Shown: positions 22,399 through 34,830, numbered from the stretch's first letter. The stretch: DNA of 38,263 bases from Octopus bimaculoides (GCF_001194135.2 NC_068990.1:9497057-9535319), one strand, 5' to 3'. Notes: generated by a model from the sequence alone, not told the origin. A program made the numbers and translations.

Positions 22399-24393
22399 GA
22401 ACATCTTCTTGTTAAACTCCTCGCATTTTGTTAATATAATCTGCTTAATTGGCAATAAAATGCAAGAACTACCATCGATACATCAGTGAAAATGTCACTC
22501 TCCACTTTGTTATCACAGAGCTCATGTCTATTCGAGTCATTGTCTTGGATCAATCTACGTTGATATCCAGGCCCCATGTAATTTGATGTATTATCGTTAT
22601 TGTGTGTCTGTGTGTTAGATATTAACGAATCAGACAGAATGATTTTTATGTTTCTTACAAGCCATTCAGTGCATGCAGCTTGTCATTTTGATGTTTAGAC
22701 TGATTTCAATTTGCGCCAACACAGTGCAATCGATCGTTCATCTATTTATCAAATACAAGTTATCTTTATGCCCTTACTATTACCATACTTCTTCAGAAAG
22801 GACTTTTAATGAAATCGACTACTCATTGCCTATTTGTTTGATGTAACCGACATATTCTCTGCATCTTCTTATACTCTAGAGAAACGATATCATGCACATT
22901 GACTTCCTTTTATACAGAAAGTTAAACGTTGATCAAGCAGAATTTCAAAGAGGTGTTCGTGGTTGTTACCATTACAGAAACCAAGTAATAGACTTTTCTG
23001 CCCCATGTCCATGTGCCCATATTGAGTAACCTCTTTGTTCAATTGAATGTAAGAAAAATCTATTCATATGACAATAAAACGTCAACATGGTCATTCGGTT
23101 TGCTACATAAATCATCCAAATAGTCATCATATCACTCCTATCGTCTTAAAACGAAAGAACACTTTAGATAACGTAGTCCAAGCTACTCTGTACATCCAAC
23201 GAAAACGTCAGGATTTCCTAAGCTGATATGTCTTTGATCGTAGTATTATCATTTCATCAGGATAGATCTTGGGATAAACAGATACATTTTCTGGGCATAT
23301 ATCTACACTTGAAAAGCAAGTTAATACGAAAAGAGACTTTGTTTTGTCAGGTGTCACATTTTCAATCTCTACGACTCGATGATACAAAAGCCGTATATTA
23401 GAAGACTGGAGATAGTATTGTTAAACGGTTGAACAACCTTTGATGCTATTCACTTTCATGAAAGTCAAAATATTTATATATCTTATTCGATGTAGAATCA
23501 CTTGTAATGGGACTTGTGCTGCACGGCGTGTTACCAAATTTAAGAAGCTTTACTCATCCCAAATATAGCAACGTATATCGCACACATAATCATCACACAT
23601 TTCAGTTTGATATCTGAATCATCTTCAACTAGCAGGTTTTGAATATTTTCCTTACAGCTATTGGATTTTTCTTAGAAGTGCTTGTTTTAAAATACTTTTC
23701 ATGCCACTCTGCTCATATGCACTCTGTTATTAATCATGCTTGTAGTACGTATCTTATATACGGTAGCTAGTTGAGCAATCGGTCAATAATTCTCAATATT
23801 TCATATTCATGCATTTTAAGTGGCGGCGTGTCAGAGGGTTTAGACTTTGTCAGAGCATCAAGTCACAGATGACTGGCGCAAACTTCTCACTCACTTTCGT
23901 GGCAATTGATGCTGAACATTATATTCTGTTCGGTGAATCTAAACATTTATTTATGCCTAACAACGTTGTCAATGTGTCCACTTCAGAAAGCTCAAGCATT
24001 TTTCAGTAGGGCGTTATAAAAGCATGTTACTCTCACTATCTTGAAAAAGCTTCATAAAATATACGGTTTTCGTAAGTTTCAGCTATTCGTTTTGAGTACG
24101 TTTTGCCGCTTTGCTTCGTCTGACCTCACTTTTGGAAACTAAAATACTATAAGAATATTGTTTTCTTTAGGATTCCCGTTCTCAGCTCAGCGCACATCTT
24201 GCTGTGGCGTTTGTAGGCTTCAATAAATGTAGGGTTCTTTGTTTTCCGCGTTATTCTAATATAACTCTGATTCACCTACGGCCACTTGCACAATTATAAC
24301 TGCCGTGTCCAAAACATATAAATTAAAATGTCAGTGTATGCGTAGATGTGTGGACTTGGTTTTACATTGTATCAGTTGTAGGGATTTTCGTCA

Positions 24394-24752
24394 TTTTTAC
24401 ATCCGCCTTAGCGAAAGCAGAGGTATTGTTTTCAGTCGTGTTTGTTTGATTGTCCATGGACAAGATATCTCAAGAATCGCTGAATCGATTCGAATGAAAC
24501 TTTGAGAGATGTTTGACCTCGTAACTGGCACGAACTGATTAGATTTTGGGATCGATTCAATACCGGACAAGGATTCTGAATTATTTTTTCCTGTTTTTTA
24601 ACTTAATTTTAGAGAGCGGTCGTGTTCATTCTCGTTTGTGAGAGCAGTCGAGATTATTTGAGATATTCTCATTTTAAAAATCATCTCTGGTTAATCATTG
24701 AGAGGACGTTGGTGTTGCCTTGGCGGAGGTTTGCGCTCTCTGAATGTTCTTG
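24394..24752 (+). mobile_element. Non-autonomous Helentron/HINE (DINE-1-like) element
   Basis: 5' TTTTTACATCCGCC with a local hairpin (..TCCGC CTTAGCGAAA GCAGAGGT), short (TGTT)n, 3' sub-terminal inverted repeat GGCGGAGGT (24722-24730), a degenerate terminal hairpin, and T-rich ends. Confidence 0.55.
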
Positions 24753-25994
24753 CTTATTATATATATTTTTTATTTCTAGCAATAACTAATCTTACCACCC
24801 GCATTCACATGAAGTGGCAGGATCATTTGAGTGGTAGAAAATCGTTTGTGACTCTACGTAATGAGTTCGAATTCAGCAGAGAATAGCCCTTCCTGAACCG
24901 ATAATATAAGTACCTTTCAGTAATTAGATTCATGGTCAGGTGGCCGCTAAAGGGACCAATCATCCCATGCAGTTTAAGTGGAGTGGGGTGTTTTTGACAC
25001 ATAAAAGGATACAAAAATCTGTCAAATGTGGCAGAGTTTCTCATGGAAAAGACTAACAGCAAACCAAAGCTGACAAAGAGGTAGATGCAACCGGTTAATC
25101 TGCATCATAAAACAGCACGAACACGCAGGAGAACAGAGATATCGAATTTGATTGGTTTGAGTGCGTTGGATGATGCCCACAAAAAAGAGAAAAGTGGATA
25201 AATATTTTGTGTGCATCAGAGCTTACTTGAGATCTAGATTTTAAGTTTCAACACTACATTTCGATCTCTTAGCTCTCAATCTTGAAAATGTCTCAAATCA
25301 TTAGACAAATACCAGTAATACAGGTTGATTCAATAGCCTGTACCCGACGTCTTAATAAAACTGGCATCGTGCCTTATCAAAAGAAAATGTTATTGTTTTT
25401 TTCCTTATTTCTTGTTGTTGATACAGCTTTTATCTGCTTAAGATATAATTTCTAAGGCGACCTGTTTTGTAGCCAGATCGGTTTAAAATTACTGCCGTAC
25501 ACAAACAACTGTTTAGAGATTTAGCTATTGATTGCTTTGCTTGTGTTACGACTCCGATTCTTTTACGTCTGCGACCGATTGATCAAAGTAGAGTAAAAAT
25601 CTTAATATCGGATATTGCATTTCTAAAGAGAGAAACGAATCGAAGCTAATTTATTTTAGGAATGTTTCAAAAATAATCAATACAAATAAGGAACGTAGTA
25701 ATACAAAAGCAAACAAAAAGAACCCCAGCAAAAAAACACAAATAATAAATATAATATAAACAAAAACAAAAACGATAAATAAGGTACAGGGCTCTTTGCG
25801 CAACTGATAAATTGTTTATTTTTTAAAAATTACATTTTCTTTGCTTATTTTCCTTTCCGTGGACTGAGGTCTGCTGATGTAGTATTTCTTTATCAAACGA
25901 TATTTCCTAATTTCTTTATTTTTCTTCGTAGTTTCTGTTTTTCGTTTTCCATTTCATCAAATCCACTCAATTTCCTCTGATCACAGAACCCAAG

Positions 25995-26254
25995 AGGATG
26001 GTGTATGCACATACAGACCACACACATACACACACGCACGGACACACACACACACGCACGCACGCACGCACACACACAATACAAACGCACATACTCACAC
26101 ACAACACACATGCACACAGGCATGCACTCCGCACATATACATATACATACCCCCACGCATACACACTCGCGGACACACACGTAAGTATGCATATATAGAT
26201 CCCTTTATATATATGTGTGTGTAGCTATATATGAATATATTTGTACATATATGC

Positions 26255-26292
<38 letters not shown>
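25995..26292. repeat. (CA)-rich and (TA)n low-complexity block before gap
   Basis: Direct reading. Confidence 0.85.
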
Positions 26293-26608
26293 NNNNNNNN
26301 NNNNNNNNNNNNNNNNNNNNNNNNNNNNNNNNNNNNNNNNNNNNNNNNNNNNNNNNNNNNNNNNNNNNNNNNNNNNNNNNNNNNNNNNNNNNNNNNNNNN
26401 NNNNNNNNNNNNNNNNNNNNNNNNNNNNNNNNNNNNNNNNNNNNNNNNNNNNNNNNNNNNNNNNNNNNNNNNNNNNNNNNNNNNNNNNNNNNNNNNNNNN
26501 NNNNNNNNNNNNNNNNNNNNNNNNNNNNNNNNNNNNNNNNNNNNNNNNNNNNNNNNNNNNNNNNNNNNNNNNNNNNNNNNNNNNNNNNNNNNNNNNNNNN
26601 NNNNNNNN
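26293..26608. other. Assembly gap
   Basis: N run flanked by (TA)n. Confidence 0.99.
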
Positions 26609-27060
26609 TATATATATATATATATATATTATCATTATTATTATTTTCATTATTATTATTATTTGGCATTCTTTATTTAATCTTCACACTCGTTGGTATT
26701 CTACATCCAACCACTTGGTAGCTCAAATCTGTAGAAAGAATGCAACTAAAAAAGATTACAAACAAAAAGAAGAAAAAAGAACAGAAATGAAATAGCGAAT
26801 GCGAAATCTACAAGGAAAATAAAACCACAATATGCATTTGTTGAATCTTCAAAGCCACGAAGATTCAAGTGGTGGATTTTGACCACTTCTTGCAGAAATT
26901 TCTTCACTCACACAGAAACAAACATACACACGCTATTACAGACATATGTATCGAACTGGAATACAAACACAGAACATAAATATATGCAAACATATCTTGA
27001 AACAGACATTCGAACGTCATACACACATTTATATCCTATCTCTTTTCTCTGTATCTCATT

Positions 27061-27112
<52 letters not shown>

Positions 27113-27184
27113 TTATATAAATGGATATTGGCTTGTTTAACTTAGCAGAAAACCAACCGTGGAAAAGAAGAGTTATAATCAATG

Positions 27185-27270
27185 GCATCGATCAGAGTAT
27201 ATTACTGGTGCTTACTTTATCGATCCAAGAAAGATGAAAGGTAAATAACTCCGACAAGATTTTCGACTTA
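27185..27270 (-). mobile_element. Degenerate SINE family C fragment
   Basis: ACTGGTGCTTACTTTATCGATCCAAGAAAGATGAAAGGTAAA. Confidence 0.55.
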
Positions 27271-27366
27271 AGATTTATAGCGAAGAACACAAATCCCAAA
27301 TAATACACACATGTATGGTATGTATAAATGTATTTGCATACATATACATATAAATTATGTTGTAAG

Positions 27367-27414
<48 letters not shown>

Positions 27415-27416
<2 letters not shown>

Positions 27417-27600
27417 TGTCTTGTTTGAAGTATTGGACTACGGTCATGCTGGTACACCACCTGGAAGGGTTTTACTTCAACAGATCGAACCCAGTATTTA
27501 TATTACTTTTTAAAGTCTAGTATTTATTCCTGCCGTCTCTTTGGTTAAATCGGTTATTTACGGGTACGAAAACAAACCAATAACAGTAACAAGCGGTGGC
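27415..27600 (-). mobile_element. Old SINE family A, 3' half
   Basis: TTGTTTGAAGTATTGGACTACGGTCATGCTGGTACACC...TTTACGGGTACGAAAACAAACC aligns to 20035-20200. Confidence 0.65.
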
Positions 27601-27654
27601 CCGTGCCGGTAACACGTAAAATGTACCCGTTTTAGCTCCACGTTATAAGTAGTT

Positions 27655-27797
27655 GGTACATTCTGTAAAGTGGTTGACATTAAGAAGAGCATCCGGCCGT
27701 AGAAATTGCCAAAACATCACTCCGGCTTGTAGCTCCTGTCAAACCCTGCAGATCATGCCAGCATAGAAAACGGACTTTAAATGATGAAAATGATGAT
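27655..27797 (+). mobile_element. SINE family D 3' end with (GAT)n tail
   Basis: CTGTAAAGTGGTTGACATTAAGAAGAGCATCCGGCCGTAGAAA...CATGCCAGCATAGAAAACGGACTTTAAATGATGAAAATGATGATG, recognised as an octopus SINE 3' module. Confidence 0.6.
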
Positions 27798-27952
27798 GTA
27801 TGTATGTATGTATGTATGTATGTATGTATGTATGTATGCATGCATGTATGTATGTATGTATGTATGTATGTATGTATGCATGCATGCATGTATGTATGTA
27901 TGTTTGTATGTATGTATGTATGTATGTATGTATGTATGTATCTATCTATCTA
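27797..27952. repeat. (TATG)n with CATG variants, then (TATC)n
   Basis: Direct reading. Confidence 0.95.
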
Positions 27953-28100
27953 TCTACGATGGGTCTAGCAGAGTTTCACTCAAAAACCGTAGATCCGTCC
28001 AGCGCTATAGTTTCAGGCACTTGTCCAAGGTGCTGTACAGCAGTACTGAATGCAAAACCACATGTTTACAAAGCGAGCTTCTTAACCACACGTCCTTGTC
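27952..28100 (-). mobile_element. Old SINE family A, 5' half
   Basis: CTATAGTTTCAGGCACTTGTCCAAGGTGCTG...CTTCTTAACCACAC aligns to 20324-20410. Confidence 0.6.
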
Positions 28101-28439
28101 TATACGCTTTTATTCAGAAACATGTATAAACATGTATTGAGAGAGATACACAGATATTAAATAGTGAGCTGGAGAAAAATCGAGAGATTTAGAGAGATTG
28201 AGAGAGTGTTGAAATGGATTTATAATTCTATTAAGCTGCTTAGTCCTTAATGTATCTTGGGAAAGTTTAAATCCAGTGACATTCCTCTTCAATAGAGGCT
28301 TTGCCTATCTTTAATACTGCAAACAATGCCTATAAAATATATCACGAAGAGTTCAATGACTGAAATAGATGAAGAGAGTCAGTGTTCTTGTCTATCTATC
28401 TATAGATAAAGAGATAGATAGACATATAGACATATAAAT

Positions 28440-28465
28440 AGTTAGATAGATAGATAGATAGTTAT

Positions 28466-28516
<51 letters not shown>
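28440..28516. repeat. (TAGA)n microsatellite
   Basis: Direct reading. Confidence 0.95.
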
Positions 28517-28827
28517 TGTATATAATGTTCTTTTTCTTGAGTCATTGTGATCCATTACTTACATTAGCTATCGAAACCAACAGACCTACAGTTTGTTTTC
28601 TTCAATGCCCAACTAACCTACAGAATGAAGACATTACGCACATAGACACACACACAGACACACATACACACAGACACACACACGCACACGTATATGTACA
28701 AGCAGATTGATTGGGCTAAATTTGACAGTTTGCATAAACGGGAACTAAAACACAACATAGCATCCAGAAATATAGTATTTTTAAAAATCAAAAAATATCT
28801 ACTAGATTATTTCTGGATGATAACAGT

Positions 28828-29110
28828 TTAATTAAAATAACCGTTCTCAGCATCCACCATGGCCTCAAGTTACTCTGGAACCTGCTGCATACCTGCATGC
28901 ATTTCTCACTGTGTCACTGGGAAGACCTTCGAACACTTCCTTGATCTTGGCCATCAGCTCGACCTTGGTACGCAGGTAGAGAAAATGGTGTCTTTCTCAA
29001 CCGTGCTCCAAATAATTAATCCCTGAGGTTACAATCAGGGGAATTAAGAGGCCAGAAAGTGGAGCGAGTGAAGTCGTCAAAATTCTCCAACGACCACACT
29101 TCTGTGGGGT
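28828..29110 (-). pseudogene. Tc1/mariner (maT/DD37D-like) transposase C-terminal remnant with frameshifts
   Basis: EVWSLENFDDFTRSTFWPLNSPDCNLRD / IWSTVEKDT / TKVELMAKIKEVFEGLPSDTVRNAC / EAMVDAENGYFN*. Confidence 0.8.
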
Positions 29111-29169
29111 GTAGCAAGGAGCTGAATCCTGCTTCCATATCTATGGACTTCAAGTAGCAAACCGTGTGA

Positions 29170-29215
29170 CGGGATTTGGTAGACAGAGATTGAAAGGAGT
29201 CCGTAGTATACATGC
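29170..29215 (+). mobile_element. SINE family A middle fragment
   Basis: GGATTTGGTAGACAGAGATTGAAAGGAGTCCGTAGTATA resembles GCATTTGGTAGACAGAAACTGAAAGAAGGCCATCGTATA at about 13397-13436. Confidence 0.6.
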
Positions 29216-29278
29216 ATGCTGGACCGCTGAAATCTACAAGTTTTTTTCATTTTCTCTCTATTTATTTTTTCTTATTCG

Positions 29279-29312
29279 TTTCTGTTGAAGAGTGTAGGCT
29301 CGAAACGCAAAA
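29279..29312 (+). ncRNA. Variant or degenerate minimal hammerhead-like motif (second family)
   Basis: TTT-CTGTTGA-A-GAGT-GTAG-GCTC-GAAA-CGC-A-AAA. The core has A6->U and U16.1->C relative to the canonical hammerhead. Confidence 0.4.
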
Positions 29313-29363
29313 GTCCTTTTGATTTTCCCGAGCGTCAAACTAATGCTCTTACTTGTTGTTACC

Positions 29364-29398
<35 letters not shown>

Positions 29399-29412
29399 TG
29401 TATGTATGTATC

Positions 29413-29579
29413 AGGTGTTTTCACGTCCCTGTCACTTAGTGGCTCGACAAAAGTGGCCCGATAGAATAAGTATCTGGCTTTAAAGAAATAAGTACTGGGG
29501 TCAATATATTCGACTGAAAATTCTTCAAGGCAGTTCCCTAGCATGGTCGCTGTCTAATGCTCGAAACAAGTAAAAGATA
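29413..29579 (+). mobile_element. SINE family A 3' half, preceded by (TATG)n
   Basis: GGTGTTTTCACGTCCCTGTCACTTAG...CCGATAGAATAAGT...GAAACAAGTAAAAGA. Confidence 0.75.
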
Positions 29580-29601
29580 CATACATATATACATACATGC
29601 A

Positions 29602-29644
<43 letters not shown>

Positions 29645-29978
29645 TTCGTAGTTTGCTTTTCTCATCTGAATGTTCTAACATGATATTTTGAATACGCAGG
29701 AAATCTAGGTTTATATGAACTGTTCATTTAATATGTGTTACGCATTGAACTATGTTCGGAATAAACCTTCCATGGATAATATGTACGTAATTACACGTGC
29801 GTGTATATGTGTGCGTGCGTGTTATTCCCAACCCCCTACAGTTAAGTTTATAGATACTTACAGACATTTTAGTTAGCGTGACTGAATAGGTAGATATGTA
29901 TATGTATGCTTGTGTGTGCATACATAATCATACATATATACATACATACATACATACATACATACGTATATGCATACA

Positions 29979-30009
<31 letters not shown>

Positions 30010-30304
30010 ATAAACATACATACAAACACATACACACAGACACAGACACACAAACACATATGCATACACCTGCATATATACAGTGTTTGTTAATTTGGTA
30101 CTATTAAACTATGATATACAGAATCAGCTTTTATTCTTATTATTGTTGTAACAATTACGTTGATGGTTATGGAGATTCAACGGGCCAGTAGCAGGTTCAT
30201 TGCATGATTAGATGTTATAGCATCTGCTTGGTTCAAGGATATTATATTTTATCATGAATCCTGTGACGTTCCTTATAATTTGCTTCGTTTTCATAGTTGT
30301 TTAG

Positions 30305-30365
30305 CAATAGATCAATCTTGATCGAGCAGATTTATGATCAAAGATATTTCAGACATGAGATATCT
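30305..30365 (-). mobile_element. Family E repeat fragment
   Basis: ATCGAGCAGATTTATGATCAAAG is the reverse complement of the 13660-13690 motif. Confidence 0.5.
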
Positions 30366-30738
30366 GCATTCTACATTGACTAGCATACTAACCACCTTGT
30401 CATTATAATATGCATTACATGTGTATCTATATTATGGGGCAACGCAACGTTACCAGTTGAGATTATGGTCAATTATAGTCGAAGCGATGTTATCAGCTTA
30501 TATTGCTTACATAGAAATGTACATACATATTTGTGCGCATGTTTAGTTATGCTTTGCAAAGATGAAATCGATGTTTACACTGCGTTGCGTTTCTGTTTGG
30601 CATATAAAGGTGATATATAGTTGTTATTCAGACAAATTGAGAGATTTAACCTTTTAACGATATGTATGTTCGGTTTCTGCACGTTGCATACATTTTAATT
30701 TAATATACACGCGCAAACACAAATACACACGCTCATAA

Positions 30739-30769
<31 letters not shown>

Positions 30770-31049
30770 CACACACACACACAACACCGCCCGCCTCACA
30801 AATATATATAGAGATGCACATCAGATTTGTACTTGTCTAGCAAGTTGTCTCGCTTAGAATCCTAGATGGACATTGAGGTGTATCCAGGGACAACAGCTTC
30901 ATGTTTTTACAGACAATCAGACACACACATACACACACTGTCTGCACTGACGATTTATTTATAATGATAACATGTTCGTGCTGCACATTACTTCACTTCC
31001 TCCATCAAATCAACATTCCTTATGCGGGTGCACGGTGAGCTACATGTCA

Positions 31050-31185
31050 GGTGTCGAAGTGATCGCAGAGCAAAATGAAGGGAAGTGTTTTGTTAAAGAA
31101 CACAACATACTACTCGGTCCGAGAATTGTATCTCCGATCTCACAATCGTGAGTGCAAAACCTTGCCCATAGGCCATGCTTCCTTA
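31050..31185 (-). mobile_element. Degenerate SINE family B 5' part
   Basis: GTGTTTTGTTAAAGAACACAAC...TCGTGAGTGCAAAACCTT...GGCCATGC aligns to 6580-6675. Confidence 0.55.
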
Positions 31186-32023
31186 TATAGCCCAAGTTTA
31201 AGCTGCACTTGCTATACACTACAATGTCTGGCATGAGGTAGTGCTTGTCTTGCGCAGGAATTTTCATGTACGAAACTTTCTGAAGATACGATGAGTCTTC
31301 CAATTACAAACGCCAGCCGTTATCTATATGGATTGACGGCGCTTGTGGCAGTGTTCTGTGATCAACACAAACTGGAAAAGCACTCATTCGACTGTCAGTT
31401 GGAGTACAGTTTAAGACGAAAGCATGTTCGAATAGTTTGTAGAATAGGCCTTCCAGTTCCGCCGTTTGTTCCTGTACAAATAATACTAACAACAATAATA
31501 ATGTAGATGGTAGACAACAAACATTTGCAGAAAACGGGGAAGAAGAAGGATGGGGAGCGGGATGGTAGATACCGTGTAGAATATAAAAGAAGACAAAACA
31601 AGCAAAACAATAACACAAGAAGAGAAATTCGATACGATGAAATTTTAGTTTGAGGTTGTGTCAATTAAGGCATCGTTGTGTAGCAGTTACATGGTTGGAA
31701 TGAAGATATAAATTTAAGATCAGATTAGGCAGTTCTTTCAAGATTTGAAGAAAACAAAAAACGGAAGAGTAAAATACTACAAACGAGCAGACAGGTTGTA
31801 GAATATCTAATACGAGGTGTGTGTTTGAAATCTGTAATTACCATTCTTGTTAGAATTCAGAGCTAACTTTGAGATGCTTAAAAGAATCGAACAGGTCGAT
31901 AAAACAAGTAAGTTATATAAGAAATACCTATGTGTATGAGTATATGAAACTTCTGTGTGCATATATGCGTATATATTCATACGTATACCTACACATATAC
32001 ACACTTACATATGTACACACACA

Positions 32024-32066
<43 letters not shown>

Positions 32067-32073
32067 ATATATA

Positions 32074-32135
32074 NNNNNNNNNNNNNNNNNNNNNNNNNNN
32101 NNNNNNNNNNNNNNNNNNNNNNNNNNNNNNNNNNN
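32074..32135. other. Assembly gap within (TA)n block
   Basis: N run. Confidence 0.99.
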
Positions 32136-32454
32136 ATATATATATATATATATATATACACATACATATACACACATGTATATGCACACATATGTATACA
32201 TATATATAGATATGTATGTATGTGTATATGCATACATATGCACATACATATATACATATATTTATGCTTATATTTGAATGTGTGTGTGTGTGTGTGTGAA
32301 TTTGGCTGGGTTGGTACATATTTAAATGAATGTATGTGCGTGTCTAGATTTCATTTGTATTACGCATAAATGTACTTTTCAGTTTCGGTGACTAAAAAGA
32401 AGATACTTTCACAAATAACCTCATTATATAGGCACAGACACATGCACGCACGTT

Positions 32455-32457
<3 letters not shown>

Positions 32458-32492
<35 letters not shown>

Positions 32493-32516
32493 CGCAGACC
32501 AATTTGCATACGAACA

Positions 32517-32575
<59 letters not shown>

Positions 32576-32705
32576 TTGTATGTATATACATGTGCACACA
32601 TACACTCTCTCTCACAAACACAGATATACATTCACGGACGCACCCACACACGGACATATACACAGGCACGCATGCAAGCACACACACACACACACACACA
32701 CACAG
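32458..32705. repeat. (CT)n, (TATC)n, (CA)n microsatellites
   Basis: Direct reading. Confidence 0.9.
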
Positions 32706-33462
32706 GCAATTTCCTAAATATAGACGTGTACACACAATGAAAATGTAAGTTGTGCTGTTTTAAATTCGGCAGTTTACAGCAAGAAATGGTAAATTATCTG
32801 TTGTAGAGGTATTTTGATATTCAAACCGTGACTTATCTTGGCAACTGTATGGTGAGTTAGTTTATACAAATACCGTCCCGTATGCTTTAATGTGTCTTCT
32901 GTTGATGCTCAACTTTCTGCGTTCGCGTACTGCTACGATTGTGAAGCCTTCTGGGGGTTAGATTGTTGTTGCTGCTATTATTTTTTCGCTCCCAGGGACG
33001 CCATCAAATTAACAGACTTATGATCAGTGTAGTCCAGTTGCTGTTTCTTTTTTTGTTGTTGTTGATATACATTCTATTTAGTTCTCCGGTAGGGTGTAAT
33101 TTTAGAGAGACTGACTGCTATTTCTAACCTGTTGAAGACTAATGTAGAGACCCCCACGATGGTTTCTTAAATTTATATGATGTATCTGCATACTGATTCG
33201 AAGTTCTATATTTCCCGTTTCCCACAATAATGTGCGCAATGCTCTTGGATAAAGTGCATAGTTTAAAACCTACCAGTTCTTCTACTCAGTATCTACTTTA
33301 TGGAGATGCAATCAACCATTTTAAGGAATCTGATGAAGATTTGACAGTATTTATAAAGTATAGTTTGAATATGTGTCTTTTTTGTTGTCTTCAACAAGTA
33401 TCTTTCTCAAGCTTCATGTATAGGCTGAGTATACGTTTGTGGCAAATCAAAGATGGGTGATG

Positions 33463-33931
33463 CAGGGTGAGACAGAGATGACGAACGTTTTTGAAAAATT
33501 CACAAATTCATTAATTGTAGATGCAAACAAATTTTATTGACATCAATGTGTTTGTATTGAATTAGCCTTTGTCAACATCTAGTGTGAAAAACAACATTCA
33601 TCATGTGGTGTCCGTTTTCAATGATGCATTTCTGATGGCGTTCTTGGAAGTTGGCCTCCACTCTCACCAGCATTGCTCTGCCGATTCGGGTGACTTCCAC
33701 GCTAATAGCTTCCTTCAAAACGTCCAATGTACAGGGCTTATGCGCATACACACGCGTCTTGAGGTTTCCCCACAAAACATAATCATACATGGACAAATCA
33801 AGGGACCGAGTGGGCCAAGGAGTGTCAGCAGACCTGGAAATGAGGCTGTCACTTAAGAGAAGGTGAAGAACGTACATTGATGCTCTAGCTGTGTGGGCCG
33901 TCGCCACATCCTGCTGAAACGACACTTCTGG
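33463..33931 (-). mobile_element. Tc1/mariner DD41D-type (rosa/Visitor-like) element, 3' part with terminal CAGGGTG
   Basis: SFQQD-(41 aa)-D spacing counted from the ORF track; WPTRSLDLSMYDYVLWGNLKTRVY motif; putative TIR start CAGGGTG at 33463. Confidence 0.8.
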
Positions 33932-34830
33932 TACTTTTTCCAATCTTTTGCTGAGGTCCTGTAGTTCTGCTTCACTGCTTCTTAACAGGGCAATATCATC
34001 AGCAAAGTGCTGTTTGGAAATGGGCCGTCCTCTAGTAGAGACAGATAGGTGAAGGTATTCAAGTGTCTCCTGCATGAGGTTCTCCAGGGAGATGCTGAAC
34101 AGAACTGGAGAGCGGAAACAGACTTGTCGAACACTCATTTTTGTCCAAAAGAATTCTCCCATGTTACACTGCTTGAGTTTTCATACAATGCTTGGAGCAC
34201 TTCGATGAGATCGTTGCCGAAGTAATAATTCTTCATTAGCTGCCACAATCCATCGTGACAAATACGGTCAAAGGCCTTTTTAAAAAAATTGATAAAGTTG
34301 CGATAGAGGTCAGACAGGTGTTGCAGATGTTTCTCAGTAAGTAGTCTAATGTCAAATATCTGGTCCACAGTACTTCACTTGATGTCTAAATCCTGTTCTT
34401 CTGCAAGTTCTTTTGCATCCCCCTTTAGTCTGTTTAGCAGAACTCTTAGCAATACTTCCTTTGGGTGGCTAATTATTCTGATTCTTCTATAATTCTGGTA
34501 GCCTTAAGTTGACTTTCTTGGGAATGGGTATCATCAGTGATTGGGTCCACTCCTTTGGCCACTGCTTCACCTCCAATATTTTCTGACAGATAACTGTTAG
34601 TACCTTGATAAGCGTTGGCTCTCCATGTTTTGGAGGCTCTAATGTAATGTTATCCACTTCTGGGGATTTCCTATATTTGAGCATGCTCACTGCAACTTCG
34701 ACTTCTTTCTGGAGAATTGGAATATTCTCAAGCTCTCTGTTATTTTTGTTGTTGTTGGAGTTGTATAGGATGTTGCTGTCATGTTTGAGTTTGTGATTGC
34801 AGCGTCCAGAACATCTTTTGGTGACATAAA
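33932..34830 (-). mobile_element. RTE-clade LINE reverse transcriptase fragment, frameshifted and 3'-truncated
   Basis: IPILQKEVEVAV..KSPEVDNI, WPKEWTQSLMIPIPKK, DQIFDIR, FKKAFDRICHDGLW, SVRQVCFRSPVLF, and FADDIALL motifs in order. Confidence 0.85.

Noticed and set aside
26841-26888. Two adjacent small hairpins (10-bp and 7-bp stems)
   Set aside because: Short stems are expected by chance, and there is no recognisable RNA motif.
28761-28819. 12-bp inverted repeat CATCCAGAAATA/TATTTCTGGATG
   Set aside because: Too short and isolated to call a MITE or RNA structure.
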